From assembly GCA_013265495.1 (NCBI GenBank), contig MU058213.1, forward strand, positions 744,001 through 808,000: a DNA stretch of 64,000 nt. The letters run 5' to 3'. A model generated the notes under the pieces. The model had not been told where the DNA came from. It searched no databases and saw only the letters and a list, made by a program, of their open reading frames with translations. Below are positions 63,962 to 64,000 of the stretch, in pieces. Every line of letters starts with the position of its first letter. Within the stretch, counting starts at the first letter, position 1. The stretch comes from Vicugna vicugna (taxonomy: Eukaryota). Position numbers and translations under genes: made by a program.

Positions 63962-64000
63962 CTAAGTGGCAGAAGAAGAAAATAATTTGGAACTGTCTTT

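Overview
Mammalian nuclear genomic DNA, probably camelid (alpaca/camel type), judged from a tRNA-derived SINE at ~8.6 kb and the absence of recognisable primate, rodent, bovid or suid SINEs. Two head-to-tail genes lie on the minus strand. The first is the 3' part of MYO5C (myosin Vc): 17 coding exons from 63961 down to the TAG at 33313-33315, covering distal coiled coil and the globular cargo-binding/dilute tail, plus its 3'UTR. About 1 kb further on is the 5' part of GNB5 (G-protein beta-5). This includes the CpG-island start of the short isoform (ATG 22753), the long (Gbeta5L) coding exon missed by the ORF track (26025-26150), a likely non-coding long-isoform first exon with CRX/NRL-like sites (~30961-31090), and four further exons down to 875; the gene continues past the window start. 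All exon phases join in frame with GT-AG introns. The rest is intronic repeats (near-full-length Tigger1, nested L1s, MaLR/ERV LTRs, hAT/Tc1 MITEs) and two assembly gaps. I found no wholly new system. The best leads are a CxxC-x18-CxxC (zinc-finger-like) motif in the Gbeta5L extension, an in-frame MYO5C-to-GNB5 read-through splice geometry, a tailless tRNA-Cys 5'-half retrocopy, an orphan intronic CpG patch with an antisense splice donor, and a candidate L1 3' transduction. Repeat subfamily names and human comparisons are from recollection, not searches.
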